From positions 868,001-932,000 of the forward strand of contig CBFFSA010000004.1 in assembly GCA_965644495.1 (NCBI GenBank): 64,000 nucleotides of DNA, in the 5' to 3' direction. Position numbers and translations under genes: made by a program. The notes under the pieces are model-generated. The model did no database searches, was not told the origin of the DNA, and saw only the letters and a list, made by a program, of their open reading frames with translations. Position 1 is the stretch's first letter, and each line of letters begins with the position of its first letter. Positions 32,730 through 44,020 of this stretch are shown here, piece by piece. The DNA comes from Perkinsela sp. CCAP 1560/9. Taxonomy: Eukaryota; Protista; Euglenozoa: Kinetoplastea.

Positions 32730-32820
32730 TTTTTTCCGCGTATCTTTCGAAAAATCAGACCCCCCTTTGTACTTCCGAAAGTACCGAAACCGGCGGAAAT
32801 TTAAAGGTGGGGTGACAGTA
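32730..32820. mobile_element. Right terminus of the 46062-47980 element family
   Basis: AAAGTACCGAAACCGGCGGAA..AAAGG.GGGGTGACAGTA nearly identical to 47938-47980. Confidence 0.75.
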
Positions 32821-33548
32821 TCTTCTCTTGACAGTATCAAATACCTGTTTCGTAATACTCCCTCTCTCATTAATTTTTATAAATGGATTTCGAGTTATAA
32901 AAATTTAGTTTATGCGGGATCATTAATTTTTATAAATCAAAAATTTATCGAACGCTATTTCTTAATGTTTTTCTAAACCAGAGATTTTTTTCTGTTATTC
33001 TACTTAAGATGGATTATTTTGTGAACGTGGATGGACGCGCTTCGAAGAAATTTCTTACAGAAAAGCGCAAATGGTTGACTTCTATGCTGGAGGCATAGAA
33101 GGCATGTAATATCACTTACTTTCTTAAAGAAATGTTTCTTTTATGCGTTTTTAGATGTACAGTCACCCCCCCTCCCTTGACTTAGCCTGCCAAAAAGTCG
33201 AAAAAATAGGAAAAAGCGGATAAGTCGCCCAGCCGACTGCGGGCCTAATTTGTCCGAAGGAGCGTCTTCGTTGCTCGGTCGCAATCCTATGTCGTAATGC
33301 ATATTGCACTGCCGGATCCAAGGAGTTCTTCTAGAACTCGCGTTTTCTTCCACGTAAATTCAACCAGGACAGGTGGGATCGGTCAGGATCGTAAATCTCT
33401 AGTTTCAACCCTCTCAGCTTCAGATATTAGATTGATTCGTGAAAAAATGCTCATGTAGGGGAAAAGACAATCTTTTTGGGGGGGATTTTCTTTCTGAGAT
33501 GAAGATACTGATTTTTGTAAAACGCGATTCACTGAAAAAATTCAGCAT

Positions 33549-33621
33549 GGGGAAGCATGGTCGGGACCTACTCGCGGTCTTCCCTGGCACTACCATCTTA
33601 CAGATCGTACTAACGCCAACC
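33549..33621 (+). ncRNA. HDV-like (R2-type) self-cleaving ribozyme, best-preserved copy
   Basis: P1 GGGGAAG/CTTCCCT with G1-U wobble; P3 ACC/GGT; L3 TACTCGC; P1.1 GG; J4/2 CTAA; P2 GGTCGG-G/CGCCAACC; followed by T7. Confidence 0.65.
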
Positions 33622-33905
33622 TTTTTTTGGAATAGCGGTCATTTATACGGGATCATTAATTTTTATAATTATAATTATAATTATAACTCACTTTTTGTTA
33701 TAATTTATAATTTATAAAAATTAATGAGAGGGAGAGTATTCATTTATTCGATACCGCTATCTTTTTCTAACAGCACCCTATAACTTTGGTAACGCATTTT
33801 TTCATCAAACCCCATCTCAACCTACTTTCTTTCCACTAGCCTTCTTTCTTTTCTCCTCCTCCTTTACCCCTTCTCCCCCTTCCCTTTCTCCCCTACCCCA
33901 CGGGG

Positions 33906-34541
33906 ATGTCTTCCCTTCTCTCTGCCACCGAACCCCCACACCCCCGTCCCCACCCCCCATCGCGTACGCCCTCCAAAGTCCAACACGTCTCCCTCCCCCC
34001 GGAGTTCTCCCTTTCCCTTTTCCTTCGTAACATCCAACACGCCGTCCCCTCCTGGAACACCCACAACCCCGCATGTTCCTGGGAGGGGGTGCGGTGCGAT
34101 GACACGGGCCAGGTGTCCTTCCTGGAGTGGGCCGGGTACTCGCTTCGCGGCGCCCCCGCCTGGGGCTCCCTGCCCCCGACGGTTCGCGCGCTCGATCTCG
34201 CCATGCGTGTGGTCGGGGACCAGTTCCGGTTTAACCAACTGGGCGGGGAGATCGACACCGGGGCCTTACCCCCACAGCTACGGTGGTTGGTTCTCGGGGA
34301 TAACCAGTTTGAGGGAACACTGTCGCTGGAGGCGCTGCCACGCTCGGTGGTGTGGGTGGATGTGAGTGCGAACAAGCTATGTGGTTCACTGCGGTTTGCA
34401 TTGCTGCCACCCCAGCTGCGGTCGCTGCAGTTGAATTTGAATCCGGAGCTGGGAGGGGTGCTATACTTAAGTGACTTGCCCCCGACGGTGACCTCGATTA
34501 ACATTGAGGGAACCAGAATTGTGGGGGTGGAAGCGGGGTGA
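33906..34541 (+). CDS. Leucine-rich repeat protein
   Basis: SKV..SLPPEFSL, PACSWEGVRC and LRRs. Confidence 0.9.
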   Translation: MSSLLSATEPPHPRPHPPSRTPSKVQHVSLPPEFSLSLFLRNIQHAVPSWNTHNPACSWEGVRCDDTGQVSFLEWAGYSLRGAPAWGSLPPTVRALDLAMRVVGDQFRFNQLGGEIDTGALPPQLRWLVLGDNQFEGTLSLEALPRSVVWVDVSANKLCGSLRFALLPPQLRSLQLNLNPELGGVLYLSDLPPTVTSINIEGTRIVGVEAG

Positions 34542-34997
34542 AGTGAGGCCTAAATTTTGATTCTATTCATTTTGATTCTATTGTGAAATAAACTTACTAG
34601 CATGTCACTGTATTAAAAATTGGAATGACTAATAACTTTCTATCCATTGAAATTCTGTTCTGCTCTTTAATGCAGGCGCTTTACGATAAGGGTTGATACA
34701 TACTTTATTTTGCATCCGTTTCTAATATGTTACAAATTTCGCTTTGAATTTTAACTCGACAGAAGTATCAACGAATAAAAAATGGCACATTGCAGCATGT
34801 CCATATTGATTTAAAATATGTTTTCAGAGGAATTTATTGTTTATAAAATGAATAAACGTGAAATATTCGGTCGCGGTGTTTATAGGCTTGTGCAATACTT
34901 TTTACACAGGAAGAAAGGGTTCGATCAGGTGCCTTTTTTTTCTTTATGCTAAACAACTAGTTTAATATTCTTGCCTGACGCTTGCTAGAAATATATT

Positions 34998-35921
34998 ATG
35001 TTTTTTCACTTGAAAATCTTGTACTCTCGTCGTTTTTTCACACTCATTTTGGTTTCAATAGTTATGATTTTATTTGAAATGCTACACGTTATCTTACGGC
35101 TGCATAGTGCGGAGTCCTTACCTTTACGACCAAGTCGAGTGCGAGGCGCACAACTACCCCCGGAAATGCAGCTTAGCAAATTTGTACGCAATCTAACAAA
35201 AAAACATCCGACTTGGAGTGAAGAATTCCCAATCGCGTCATGGGAAGGAGTGCAGTGCTCATCGCCACGTCAAATACATACTGTAAGGTGGTGCAACATG
35301 GCCCTTTCTGGAGTTTTAAACTGGGATTATCTTCCGGATTCTCTCGTGCTCTTTGATATTTCTAGCGACTCTGTGACAACATATCCTAACATGTTAGCGG
35401 GCGAAGTACCGTTCTCACGATTTCCACCTAGCACGGAAGTCATTTTCCTTCATCGAAACTGCTTTGCTGGAAAGTTGGAGTTCTTCACATTTCCGCGCAA
35501 CCTTAGAAGTCTAAACCTAGCTCGGAATCAATTCACGGGAACAGGTTCCTTCCAAGAATTACCCCCTACATTGGATCATCTAAATATTTCTCATAATTTG
35601 CTTAAAGGCGAGCTTCTCCTTGATACACTGCCATTGAACCTTCAGACGCTTCAGCTTGCGGGCAACTTTTTCACTGGAGAAGTTCGCTGGCACACTCTAC
35701 CACGCTCCTTGATATCCGTGAGCGTGGGAGAAAATATGTTAACAGGGGAAATTGACTTTGGAGCAATGCCAGAAAATTTGAAGACCTTGAGTATACAAGC
35801 GAATGGGTTTTCCGGTCATTTTGACCACACAACTTGTCACCCAGCATTAAAAAGTGTCAATGCTCTCCGGAATCATTTCGTAAATATATCTCCCTATTTA
35901 CCTCTTGGATTTACCGTATGA
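34998..35921 (+). CDS. Leucine-rich repeat protein
   Basis: SRVRGAQLPPEMQL, WEGVQC and LRRs; true start may be a downstream ATG. Confidence 0.9.
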   Translation: MFFHLKILYSRRFFTLILVSIVMILFEMLHVILRLHSAESLPLRPSRVRGAQLPPEMQLSKFVRNLTKKHPTWSEEFPIASWEGVQCSSPRQIHTVRWCNMALSGVLNWDYLPDSLVLFDISSDSVTTYPNMLAGEVPFSRFPPSTEVIFLHRNCFAGKLEFFTFPRNLRSLNLARNQFTGTGSFQELPPTLDHLNISHNLLKGELLLDTLPLNLQTLQLAGNFFTGEVRWHTLPRSLISVSVGENMLTGEIDFGAMPENLKTLSIQANGFSGHFDHTTCHPALKSVNALRNHFVNISPYLPLGFTV

Positions 35922-36078
35922 CTAGCTGAGAATATTCAGTGAATTTGTTTTTACGATTGCGTGCATCTATTGCCCGTGCAACAATTTTTAGCTCATAAAC
36001 ATGTTCTTAGATAAATCTCGAGGAAAAACTAGTTCTATTTTTTGGAAGAAAAGATTTGCACCAAAGAATTTAGTATTT

Positions 36079-36304
36079 TAATATCCCCCTACTTATAGGG
36101 CTCCGTTTTTGGGCAAAACGCCCTGTTAAGGGGAGTACAAATAAAATTATTTAGAAAGAGCAATCGGCGCCCCTTCGCAACGATTTTTATCGTTGCTAAA
36201 CAAGGTCCTCCCTTTTGACATACATTAGGATGCTTGGGCTCTAGACAAAATGGCCCTATTAAGGTGGGGGTTGCGCGTAACCGTATTAAATAGTGGGGAT
36301 AGTA
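36079..36304. mobile_element. Possible degenerate MITE
   Basis: Imperfect TIRs TAATATCCCCCTACTTA / TAAATAGTGGGGATAGTA and inverted ATAGGGC/GCCCTAT subrepeats. Confidence 0.35.
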
Positions 36305-36386
36305 ATTTACAATTAATGCAAAAGTTGCATCGCAGGATTCAAGGTGTGATTCTGAATTCACTGTATGTTTTTAAATTTCACGAAAA

Positions 36387-37256
36387 ATGTTTCCGCTACT
36401 TTTCTACTTCGCGTGCATTCGTTTTTCGTCTGGATTTCTTGTAGACAGTAACCCTTCAAAACGGCGCAAACTTGGTCGAGTTAGCCCCAGCATCCTACCA
36501 CAGGAAATGCAATTTCCTCAGTTCGTGCGGCACTTACAAAATCCCCCTCCCTCTTGGTCACTTACTACCCCTACATGCGAGTGGGAACGTGTGACATGTG
36601 ACGCGGAAGGACGGCTTCGGTCGGTGTCATGGGATGCGATGGATCTCCGAGGCAATCTAAGCTGGAGCTATCTTCCACCAACGTGCCAATGCGTCTCGGC
36701 TGTGACAAATTTCTTATCCGGGGAACTTCTCCTAGGGGATCTTCCCTATGCCTTACGTGCTCTGAGCCTCACGGACAATGACTTAGTTGGTCCGCTGTAC
36801 TTAGCAGACGTCCCAGGTACGATGGAAATGCTCAATTTGAGCACAAACGCACACACAGGCGAAATTCATCTTGAATCTCTTCCAAGGAAGGTGAATTATC
36901 TTTCGCTTTCTGGAAACCGACTTACCGGACCATTAAATCTGACAAGCCTACCCCCGGCAATGGAATTATTATTTCTATCCTCGAATCGGTTTGAGGGCGC
37001 TGTAGATTTGAGGCAGCTGCCCCTCTCGCTCCGCGAACTGCACTTAGGAGAAAATTCTCTCTCCGGTTGCATCGTGCTTTCCGCTCTACCAGATAGCTTA
37101 GAAGTTCTTGCCATGAATTCCAACTCTATAAAGGGAAATGTTGAATTTGACAATATTTCCACATCTTTGCACACTTTAGATCTTACTGATACCGAAGTCT
37201 CCGGAACGGTACCACCCCACCTAGAATTTGTTGTCTGGATAGGGGAATCGCTGTAG
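36387..37256 (+). CDS. Leucine-rich repeat protein
   Basis: GRV..ILPQEMQF, PTCEWERVTC and LRRs. Confidence 0.9.
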   Translation: MFPLLFYFACIRFSSGFLVDSNPSKRRKLGRVSPSILPQEMQFPQFVRHLQNPPPSWSLTTPTCEWERVTCDAEGRLRSVSWDAMDLRGNLSWSYLPPTCQCVSAVTNFLSGELLLGDLPYALRALSLTDNDLVGPLYLADVPGTMEMLNLSTNAHTGEIHLESLPRKVNYLSLSGNRLTGPLNLTSLPPAMELLFLSSNRFEGAVDLRQLPLSLRELHLGENSLSGCIVLSALPDSLEVLAMNSNSIKGNVEFDNISTSLHTLDLTDTEVSGTVPPHLEFVVWIGESL

Positions 37257-37616
37257 TATCGTATGGATTTTCGATTAAAGAACACTGATGCGGGGCATTC
37301 ACTAACTCAGTTGAAAGGCATAGCTGTTTCTGTAGGATGCCAGGCACCCACACTGCTCATGCATGTTCTTGGGACAATTAATAAACAAAATATCTTTTTT
37401 TCGACTGTTGTTAAAATTTTGAACCGCCTACAAATCCTAGGAAATGTTCCTTTACATATTATTGAAAACATTGAAACGATGTTAAACATGAAAGTACGAA
37501 GACACAGGGTGGTAAAAACACAGTATGAGCCAAGTTACGTGATTTTCTTTTTAGCCTTTCTTTTTTTGCATATTCGCACGTAATTTACATGTACATTCTG
37601 TATATTCTGCATCGGA

Positions 37617-39000
37617 ATGAGTTTTAATTTATTTTCCTCACAGGAAAGCACTGGGATGCGTCGCGCAGGTAAAGTACGCGGATCTTTCTTACCGGAGGAA
37701 TATGACTTGTCTCTTTTCATTCAGAACATTCCGAAGCGTCATCGATCGTGGAGTACAAACGTACCCGCCTGTGAGTGGAGTGGTGTTAAGTGTGATCCAA
37801 CCATGCGTACTGTAACAGACCTGAACTGGAATCGTATGAAGCTCACAGGGTCTGTTGTTTGGTCACGACTTCCCCGACGGGTTGAAATATTAGATTTATC
37901 AGAAAATATCTTGAGTGGACCTCTATTTTTAGATCAACTCCCTACAACGCTTCACACTCTACATATTTTTCATAACATTCTCACCGGAGGACTAGAATGT
38001 CAGACATTGCATGGAGGGGCGCGCAATATTTATCTTGGTGACAACCAGTTTGAAGGAGAGGTAGATCTTACCTCTCTTCCTGTCACTTTACTTCGATTTA
38101 GATAAAGATACAGTTTCTGTACCTTGTTGGTACATTTTCCCTTTAGTTCATCTTTTCTTTCCCCGGCAACGGGCATAATCTTACTGTTTTATATGCCCGT
38201 TGCCGGCCGGCACTAAGGCCGAAACTGTCCCTCTTTCTCGGAGAAGTAGGGGACGCGCTTCCACCCCATCACCCCTCCCCGGCTCACTCCTTGAGTGGGT
38301 TTTCTTCCCTCCCCGGCTTTCTTCCCTTCGCGCCCTTTTCTCCCCGGGGAGCCATGCGCCATGGTGGCCTCCCTTGAGGACCACTGGGCGTGGCTCTGCC
38401 TCGTCTTATCGCGAGGCAGCGGTCGGTTGCAGTGCGCCCCTCCGGCTGCGTAAAGAGGTGGTGAGTTGCCTGGACCACCTCTACCGACTGGGACCGAGTC
38501 GGTTGCAGTGCGCCCCTCCGGCTGCGTAAAGAGAGGGCGAGTTGCCTGGACCCCCTCTACCGACAGAGTCCGAGCTAAACCCCCTTGGTGCGACATCCGT
38601 CAATACGGATTGTGCCGATGATATCGGCTGCGCATTAAGGGCTGTATCTCTGCGCCAACGAGCGCATGAACATCAAAAATTAAGTAATAATGACTTTTCT
38701 GGCGAAGTAAAATTGCATCTCTTGCCTCCATCTATGATTTCGCTCTCTTTGGGGCATAATCATTTCACTGGGCGCATTTATCTGTACTCCCTTCCAATTC
38801 AATTGGAATTTCTCTATTTACAAAGCAATGAATTTTATGGGAATGTCGATTTAAGCACTCTCCCTGTTGCTTTAAGAGGGCTTAATTTAGATGACAACCG
38901 TTTCGATGGTTTTGAGTGGGGCACACTGGTAGCTCAAGAATCTACTCAAGTTGTTGTTGGAACGCAGCGAGGAAAAGAATTAAAAATGACCACTGCATAA
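37617..39000 (+). pseudogene. LRR gene split by a 577-bp insertion
   Basis: Removing 38103-38679 gives in-frame VDLTSLPVTLLRFR|LSNNDFSG in exact LRR register. Confidence 0.85.
38103..38679. mobile_element. Unclassified GC-rich structured insertion with two 77-bp direct repeats
   Basis: Hairpin CCGGCAACGGGCATA/TATGCCCGTTGCCGG; repeats about 38422-38498 and 38499-38575; ends CATCAAAAA; no TSD beyond an AT junction ambiguity. Confidence 0.75.
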
Positions 39001-39238
39001 TAAAGGACATGTAGACACATTAAAAAAAACGAAACATGCACATTATGTATAGTACGTAGAGTATGTCATGTATTGCTGATACATGTAGTATATTGGAACT
39101 GCACTGCATATTGTAAATGATGCTTTCTAAGTGATGCTAATGATTCGGCAATTGGTTTCTCAAACGTAATATTAAGCTTCAGTAAAGTACATCAGGTCAG
39201 TTGTGTAGTGCATTTCTTTCTTGGCTTATATCACATTC

Positions 39239-40078
39239 ATGACTATGAAACGTTATTGCTCGAATTTTCCGGCTCGCATTTACTCGAGCGCGGACAGCGG
39301 ATCTGTGAGACAGCCTCAAAAACTTGGAAAGGTCCATTCTGCCGTGCTTCCCCTGGAAGTCCAATTTACGCAGTTCCTATCTAATGTAAGCAATTGGCAT
39401 TCGACGTGGAAAGCCGAAAACCATTTCCTGGAGTGGAGTGGGGTATCTGTTTTCGAAGGTGATATGCCCGATACGGGCATGCAGAGCCTCCCTGCGCCAC
39501 ATCTACGAGTTATATGGTGCTTGAAATCTTTATCTGGATCGCCACGATGGGAGCTTATACCTTCCGAGGTATTTCATCTGGACCTGTCGCAGAACAATTT
39601 AAAAGGTGGTCTACCTTTTTCGAGATTTCCAGAAACGCTGCTTTGGCTTAATTTCAATGAAAACTATTTTTCGGGAGAGATTGATTGGAGCAGTCTTCCA
39701 TCATATTTGAGCTTTATAAATATTTCGTTTAACGATCTCCGTGGAGCCGTGGATCTTACGAACCTCCCCGATACCCTTCAGTCACTCAGTCTTTCCGGGA
39801 ATAGATTTACAGGAAATGTGCAGCTGGGACATCTGCCGAAACGACTGATCACGTTGGAGCTTTCTCACAATAAGTTTGCAGGTGAGTTGGATCTTGGTGA
39901 CTTACCAGAGTCGTTGAGTTACGTCAGTTTGAACAACAATAAGTTCAATGCTTTAAAAGGAACACGATATCTGCCCATTACAATGAGTCGACTGTATCTC
40001 ATGGAAAATTGCTTTAAAGAGAAACCGAAGGATCATCTTCCTGCTTACGTGCGTTGGTCGCCTCAATTAGTGGGTTAA
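39239..40078 (+). CDS. Leucine-rich repeat protein
   Basis: GKV..VLPLEVQF, EWSGVS and LRRs. Confidence 0.9.
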   Translation: MTMKRYCSNFPARIYSSADSGSVRQPQKLGKVHSAVLPLEVQFTQFLSNVSNWHSTWKAENHFLEWSGVSVFEGDMPDTGMQSLPAPHLRVIWCLKSLSGSPRWELIPSEVFHLDLSQNNLKGGLPFSRFPETLLWLNFNENYFSGEIDWSSLPSYLSFINISFNDLRGAVDLTNLPDTLQSLSLSGNRFTGNVQLGHLPKRLITLELSHNKFAGELDLGDLPESLSYVSLNNNKFNALKGTRYLPITMSRLYLMENCFKEKPKDHLPAYVRWSPQLVG

Positions 40079-40594
40079 TGCCTTATTTTGTGAGTTAAGG
40101 AAAAGTTAAATCGTAACTATTGTTTTGAGTAGTAACTGTTGTTTTGATAGCAAGATTTTGTAGGGGGGTGTAGATATAGATATGGATATGGACGTAGTAC
40201 TTTTTTACAGCGGTTTTACGTTTCTTCTACTGAATCACTTTCCTTACTCCTTAGCGAAAAATATCGCCAAAAAAGGAAGAAAAATGTACTTACAAGAAAA
40301 GGTTGTACTAAAGGTACTAAAAAGTTACTTTCCAGAAAAACTACTTATCACAGTGTAATAGGTGTAATAAGCGTAATAAGTACAGTGTACTATTGGAACT
40401 ATCCTTTCACGTTCTTGATCATTTCTAACCATAAAATTCGATACTTCAATAAAAATCCGTACATTGCTCATCATGATTACTCGTTTCCGCTATGATCTTA
40501 CGCTAAACTGTCTCCTTAGCACTGCACTTTTTCCGCAATTCTTAAGCTGCAAGGAACGATTTCCATGAGCTTTCGATAAAGCCAATCCCCCATC

Positions 40595-41176
40595 ATGCTA
40601 CAAAGAACCTGGCGTGCACTCGCTACTCCTCTCTTTCACGTAGATCTCACCGATTTGCAACAAAGTACGGTTGATGTCAACGAGCGTATTGACCAGCTCA
40701 TCAACCGTGGTCTCACCGGCAGTACCAAGTGGTGTCTTGCCTTGCTCAATCGATCCGTTGTGTACTACGCATTAAAAGATTATGTGAAATCTCGTGAAGA
40801 CGCGATTGACGCTCATGAGGCATTAATTGAGCGCTGCACAAACACTTCTACTCATTTATTTCTCTCGTCAACGTTAGCAGCAAAGGCGTGTCGTGCTCTG
40901 AGCGATGAGATCGATCTTGCAGAGAAGGAATACGCCGTGGCGAGTCACTCACACGTGATACGAACGCGAGTAAAGCCGCGGACCGTACGCGATATGATGC
41001 GCGACCGACGTCGAAGTCTTAGCCAATATTTGCGGCAAGAGGCAGAGGAATTCGAGCGGTGTGCAAAGCGCATCTCCCAGCTCCCGGAGAAAGCATTTAT
41101 GCGCGACAAGTCTCAGAGAGTGTACACGCAGGATGACCCGGATTATGATAAGTCACGGTACCCATCCGAGGAATAG
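40595..41176 (+). CDS. Hypothetical helical protein with a TPR-like segment, possibly mitochondrial
   Basis: MLQRTWRAL start; ALLNRSVVYYALKDY..S..DA is TPR-like. Confidence 0.65.
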   Translation: MLQRTWRALATPLFHVDLTDLQQSTVDVNERIDQLINRGLTGSTKWCLALLNRSVVYYALKDYVKSREDAIDAHEALIERCTNTSTHLFLSSTLAAKACRALSDEIDLAEKEYAVASHSHVIRTRVKPRTVRDMMRDRRRSLSQYLRQEAEEFERCAKRISQLPEKAFMRDKSQRVYTQDDPDYDKSRYPSEE

Positions 41177-41282
41177 GAAGCCTAATGAGGAAAACATGCA
41201 TAGGTATATTGGAAGCAAAACGGTAAAACCGTGTAGAGGGGTTTCAATTTAACTTGGGTAGGACAATGAGACACACGACATT

Positions 41283-41685
41283 GGTCAAATCTCCCTTTTT
41301 TCCCCCAATCGTTTTTGAAGTTTTGAAGGGCACTCCAAATACTAAAATTAGTTACTTGTATTTCATCTGCTCATCTTCTGAGGCTGAAATAAAGGCCATT
41401 CGTGCTTTAAATTTCCCATTTCGCTCGTTCATGTATTGCCCATACAGTATCGATACTCCACCGAACTCTATAAGTGTGTCACACCTTTTGCCAACCTGTT
41501 GTGCCATAATTTGAGCCCTAGAGCTCTTATTTTCTATAAATGTCCCCGAATGTCTTGGTGTAAATAAGTCAAAGTATTCTCTTTCGTCAATACCAATCTA
41601 GAAGGATTGTAAAATCGCTGAACTCGAAAAAAACATTGAAGTATTTTTGAAAAAAAATTTGGGGGAAAAAAAGGGAGATTCCACC
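41283..41685. mobile_element. Merlin-like MITE with a 9-bp TSD
   Basis: TIRs GGTCAAATCTCCCTTTTTTCCCCCAA / TTGGGGGAAAAAAAGGGAGATTCCACC; flanks CACGACATT (41274-41282) and CACCACATT (41686-41694). Confidence 0.8.
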
Positions 41686-42039
41686 CACCACATTAGTACA
41701 TAACGTCGTGACTGGTAAATATCGGTAACAGTGTCTGGGTCTATAGCACACTCCTGAAGGCTTCTAATCTATTTTTAGAACTTTGAGACATGTCATGATA
41801 AATTTATGAAGTTAATACGAAGTGCTGTAGCCCGCCCAGTAAGATAGGTATTGGGTCAATGTTGCCTAATCTCTCTTACTGGGGGTATGCTTCTCCTTCT
41901 CTTTTCTCCCAACACTTTTGATAAGTTTCCTTATTTCTGAAAACGTGTTAAAACGCTTATTTAGGTTACCCCCGAGGCCCCCGGCACGCGGACATCCACT
42001 CTCTACTCCCTGTACGCTCTCCCGACCCAATTATCTCTA

Positions 42040-42108
42040 ACTGGGGAGTATTCTACTGCGGGGTCTTTTACTGGGGTATCTTTTACTGGGGTGTCTTTTA
42101 CTGGGGGA
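42040..42108. repeat. 15-bp degenerate tandem repeat (about 4.5 units)
   Basis: ACTGGGGTRTCTTTT units upstream of TrxR. Confidence 0.75.
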
Positions 42109-42274
42109 GTCTACGGTAATGAACCGATCACCGACAATGCTTTTGTTATTGATCCTACTCTGACCGGTATCGAAACGACACGATCTTTTTATCCTTCCTC
42201 TATACCTTCCTTTTTTACCTCTTTTACCTCCCGCGCTCGGTTTCTCCCCCCCACCACGCTCACCCCACCACCCC

Positions 42275-43852
42275 ATGACCTCACCCGACACCCCACCGAC
42301 TTCCTACGACCTCCTGGTCATCGGCGGCGGCTCCGGGGGCATTGCCTGCGCCCGGAGGGCAGCCGCCCTGGGCGCCCACGTCGGCCTCTGTGACTTCGTC
42401 GCCCCCTCCCCCACCCTTGGCACCTCCTGGGGTCTCGGCGGGACCTGTGTGAATGTGGGCTGTATCCCAAAGAAACTCATGCACAATGCCGCACGGCTGG
42501 GAGGGGAGGCCCACCACGCGGCCTGCGCATTCGGCTGGGGCAACGACGCCTCCCCCCCGACCCCCCAGGCCCACACCTGGGACGTGCTGCGGCAAAATGT
42601 ACTCCTGCACATCAAATCGTTAAATTTTGGGTATAATGTCGAGCTGCGAAAAGCGGGGGTGAAATATCACAACGCGCTGGCCTCCATACGAAATGTAAAA
42701 AGCGGCGCCCCCTACGAGATTGCGTTACGGAGTAAAGCCGGGGAGGCCTCGACGGTGTGGGCGGCTCGGGTTGTGCTGGCGATGGGGGGACGTCCGACGC
42801 TCCCCGCGGAGTGTCCTGGGGCGCGGGCGTATGGTATCACCTCGGATGATTTGTTTCGGCTAGCGCGGGACCCCGGGAGGTGCTGCGTGGTGGGGGCGTC
42901 CTATGTGGCGCTGGAGTGTGCGGGATTCCTGCGGGGGTTGGGGAAGGAAGTGGTGGTGCTGATCCGGTCGATTCCGCTACGGGGGTATGACCAGCAGATG
43001 GCGCAAAAGATCGTGGAGTTTATGGAGACCGTTGAGGGGGTGCGATTTGTACGTCAAGCGGTGCCGGTGTCGGTAGAAGTGGTGAAACCGGAAGCGGGAA
43101 ATTCTACTCCAGATGAGATTGCTGGTCCTGAACGTCGAAAAGTAACTTGGCGTCATGCCGATGGTACCACCGGAGCTGAGATATTTGATACGGTCTTGTT
43201 CGCCATTGGACGCACCCCGGAGACAACTAAGGTAGGATTGCCCCTGGAGGCCGTAGACGTAAAAAATGGAAAAGTACTCGTTGATTCTGTAGATCAAGTC
43301 GTGGGAGTCCATAACGTGTACGCAATTGGAGATATCGCGCAAGGGGGGCTGGAGCTCACTCCGGTCGCCATACGTCAAGGACAGCTTCTCGCAGATCGTC
43401 TTTTTGGAGGCCGTACGGAAGCGCTTTGTTTTGAGAAGGTCCCCACAACAGTCTTTACCCCCTTGGAATATGGTTGTGTTGGGCTAAGTGAGGAACGGGC
43501 AACGGAAATCTACGGCGAAGATGCTATAGAAGTCTATCACAGCTCATTTACCCCCCTGGAGTGGACATTGGTACATTCCTACCCGGCTAACACGTGTTAC
43601 ATTAAAATAATCACTACGCGCCCCCTTCGGGGCACTGGTGACCACGGTGAACGTGTAGTTGGGTTTCATATTCTGTCCCCCAACGCAGGTGAGATCACAC
43701 AAGGAGTAGCGGTGGCCTTGTGTGCTAATGCAACGAAACAGCATTTTGACACTGCTTTAGGTATTCATCCCACGGTGGCTGAGGAAATGATTGGCTTGCA
43801 TGTTACGAAGCGTTCCGGGAAGGATCCGGAAAAATCGGGTTGCTGAGGTTAA
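42275..43852 (+). CDS. TXNRD: Selenocysteine-containing thioredoxin reductase (large, animal-type); UGA 43844-43846 read as Sec, stop TAA 43850-43852
   Basis: GGGSGG FAD motif, CVNVGC redox centre, GASYVALEC, GIHPTVAE, C-terminus SGC-TGA-GGT-TAA = GCUG. Confidence 0.93.
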
Positions 43853-43853
43853 T

Positions 43854-43975
43854 GGAGACAAAGTTGGTAGCTATTCGTGGTGCTTCTGGGGCGTGCGCAA
43901 GTAAGGTACTTTTTAAGACCATACACCACACCCTTAAGCGACCACGCTGAGATCGCTATCCCCAATTTTGTCTCC
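43854..43975 (+). other. Long stem-loop immediately 3' of the TrxR stop
   Basis: GGAGACAAAGTTGG/CCAATTTTGTCTCC, TAGC/GCTA, CGTGGT/ACCACG, GCTT/AAGC. Confidence 0.75.
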
Positions 43976-44020
43976 CGATTTTTTCTTCTTTGGTTGCGTC
44001 TACAGATGACGCACTTCTCT

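Noticed and set aside
38205-38255. Hammerhead-like GGCCGAAAC motif in the insertion
   Set aside because: No CUGANGA core on either strand; twister and HDV cores were also not satisfied
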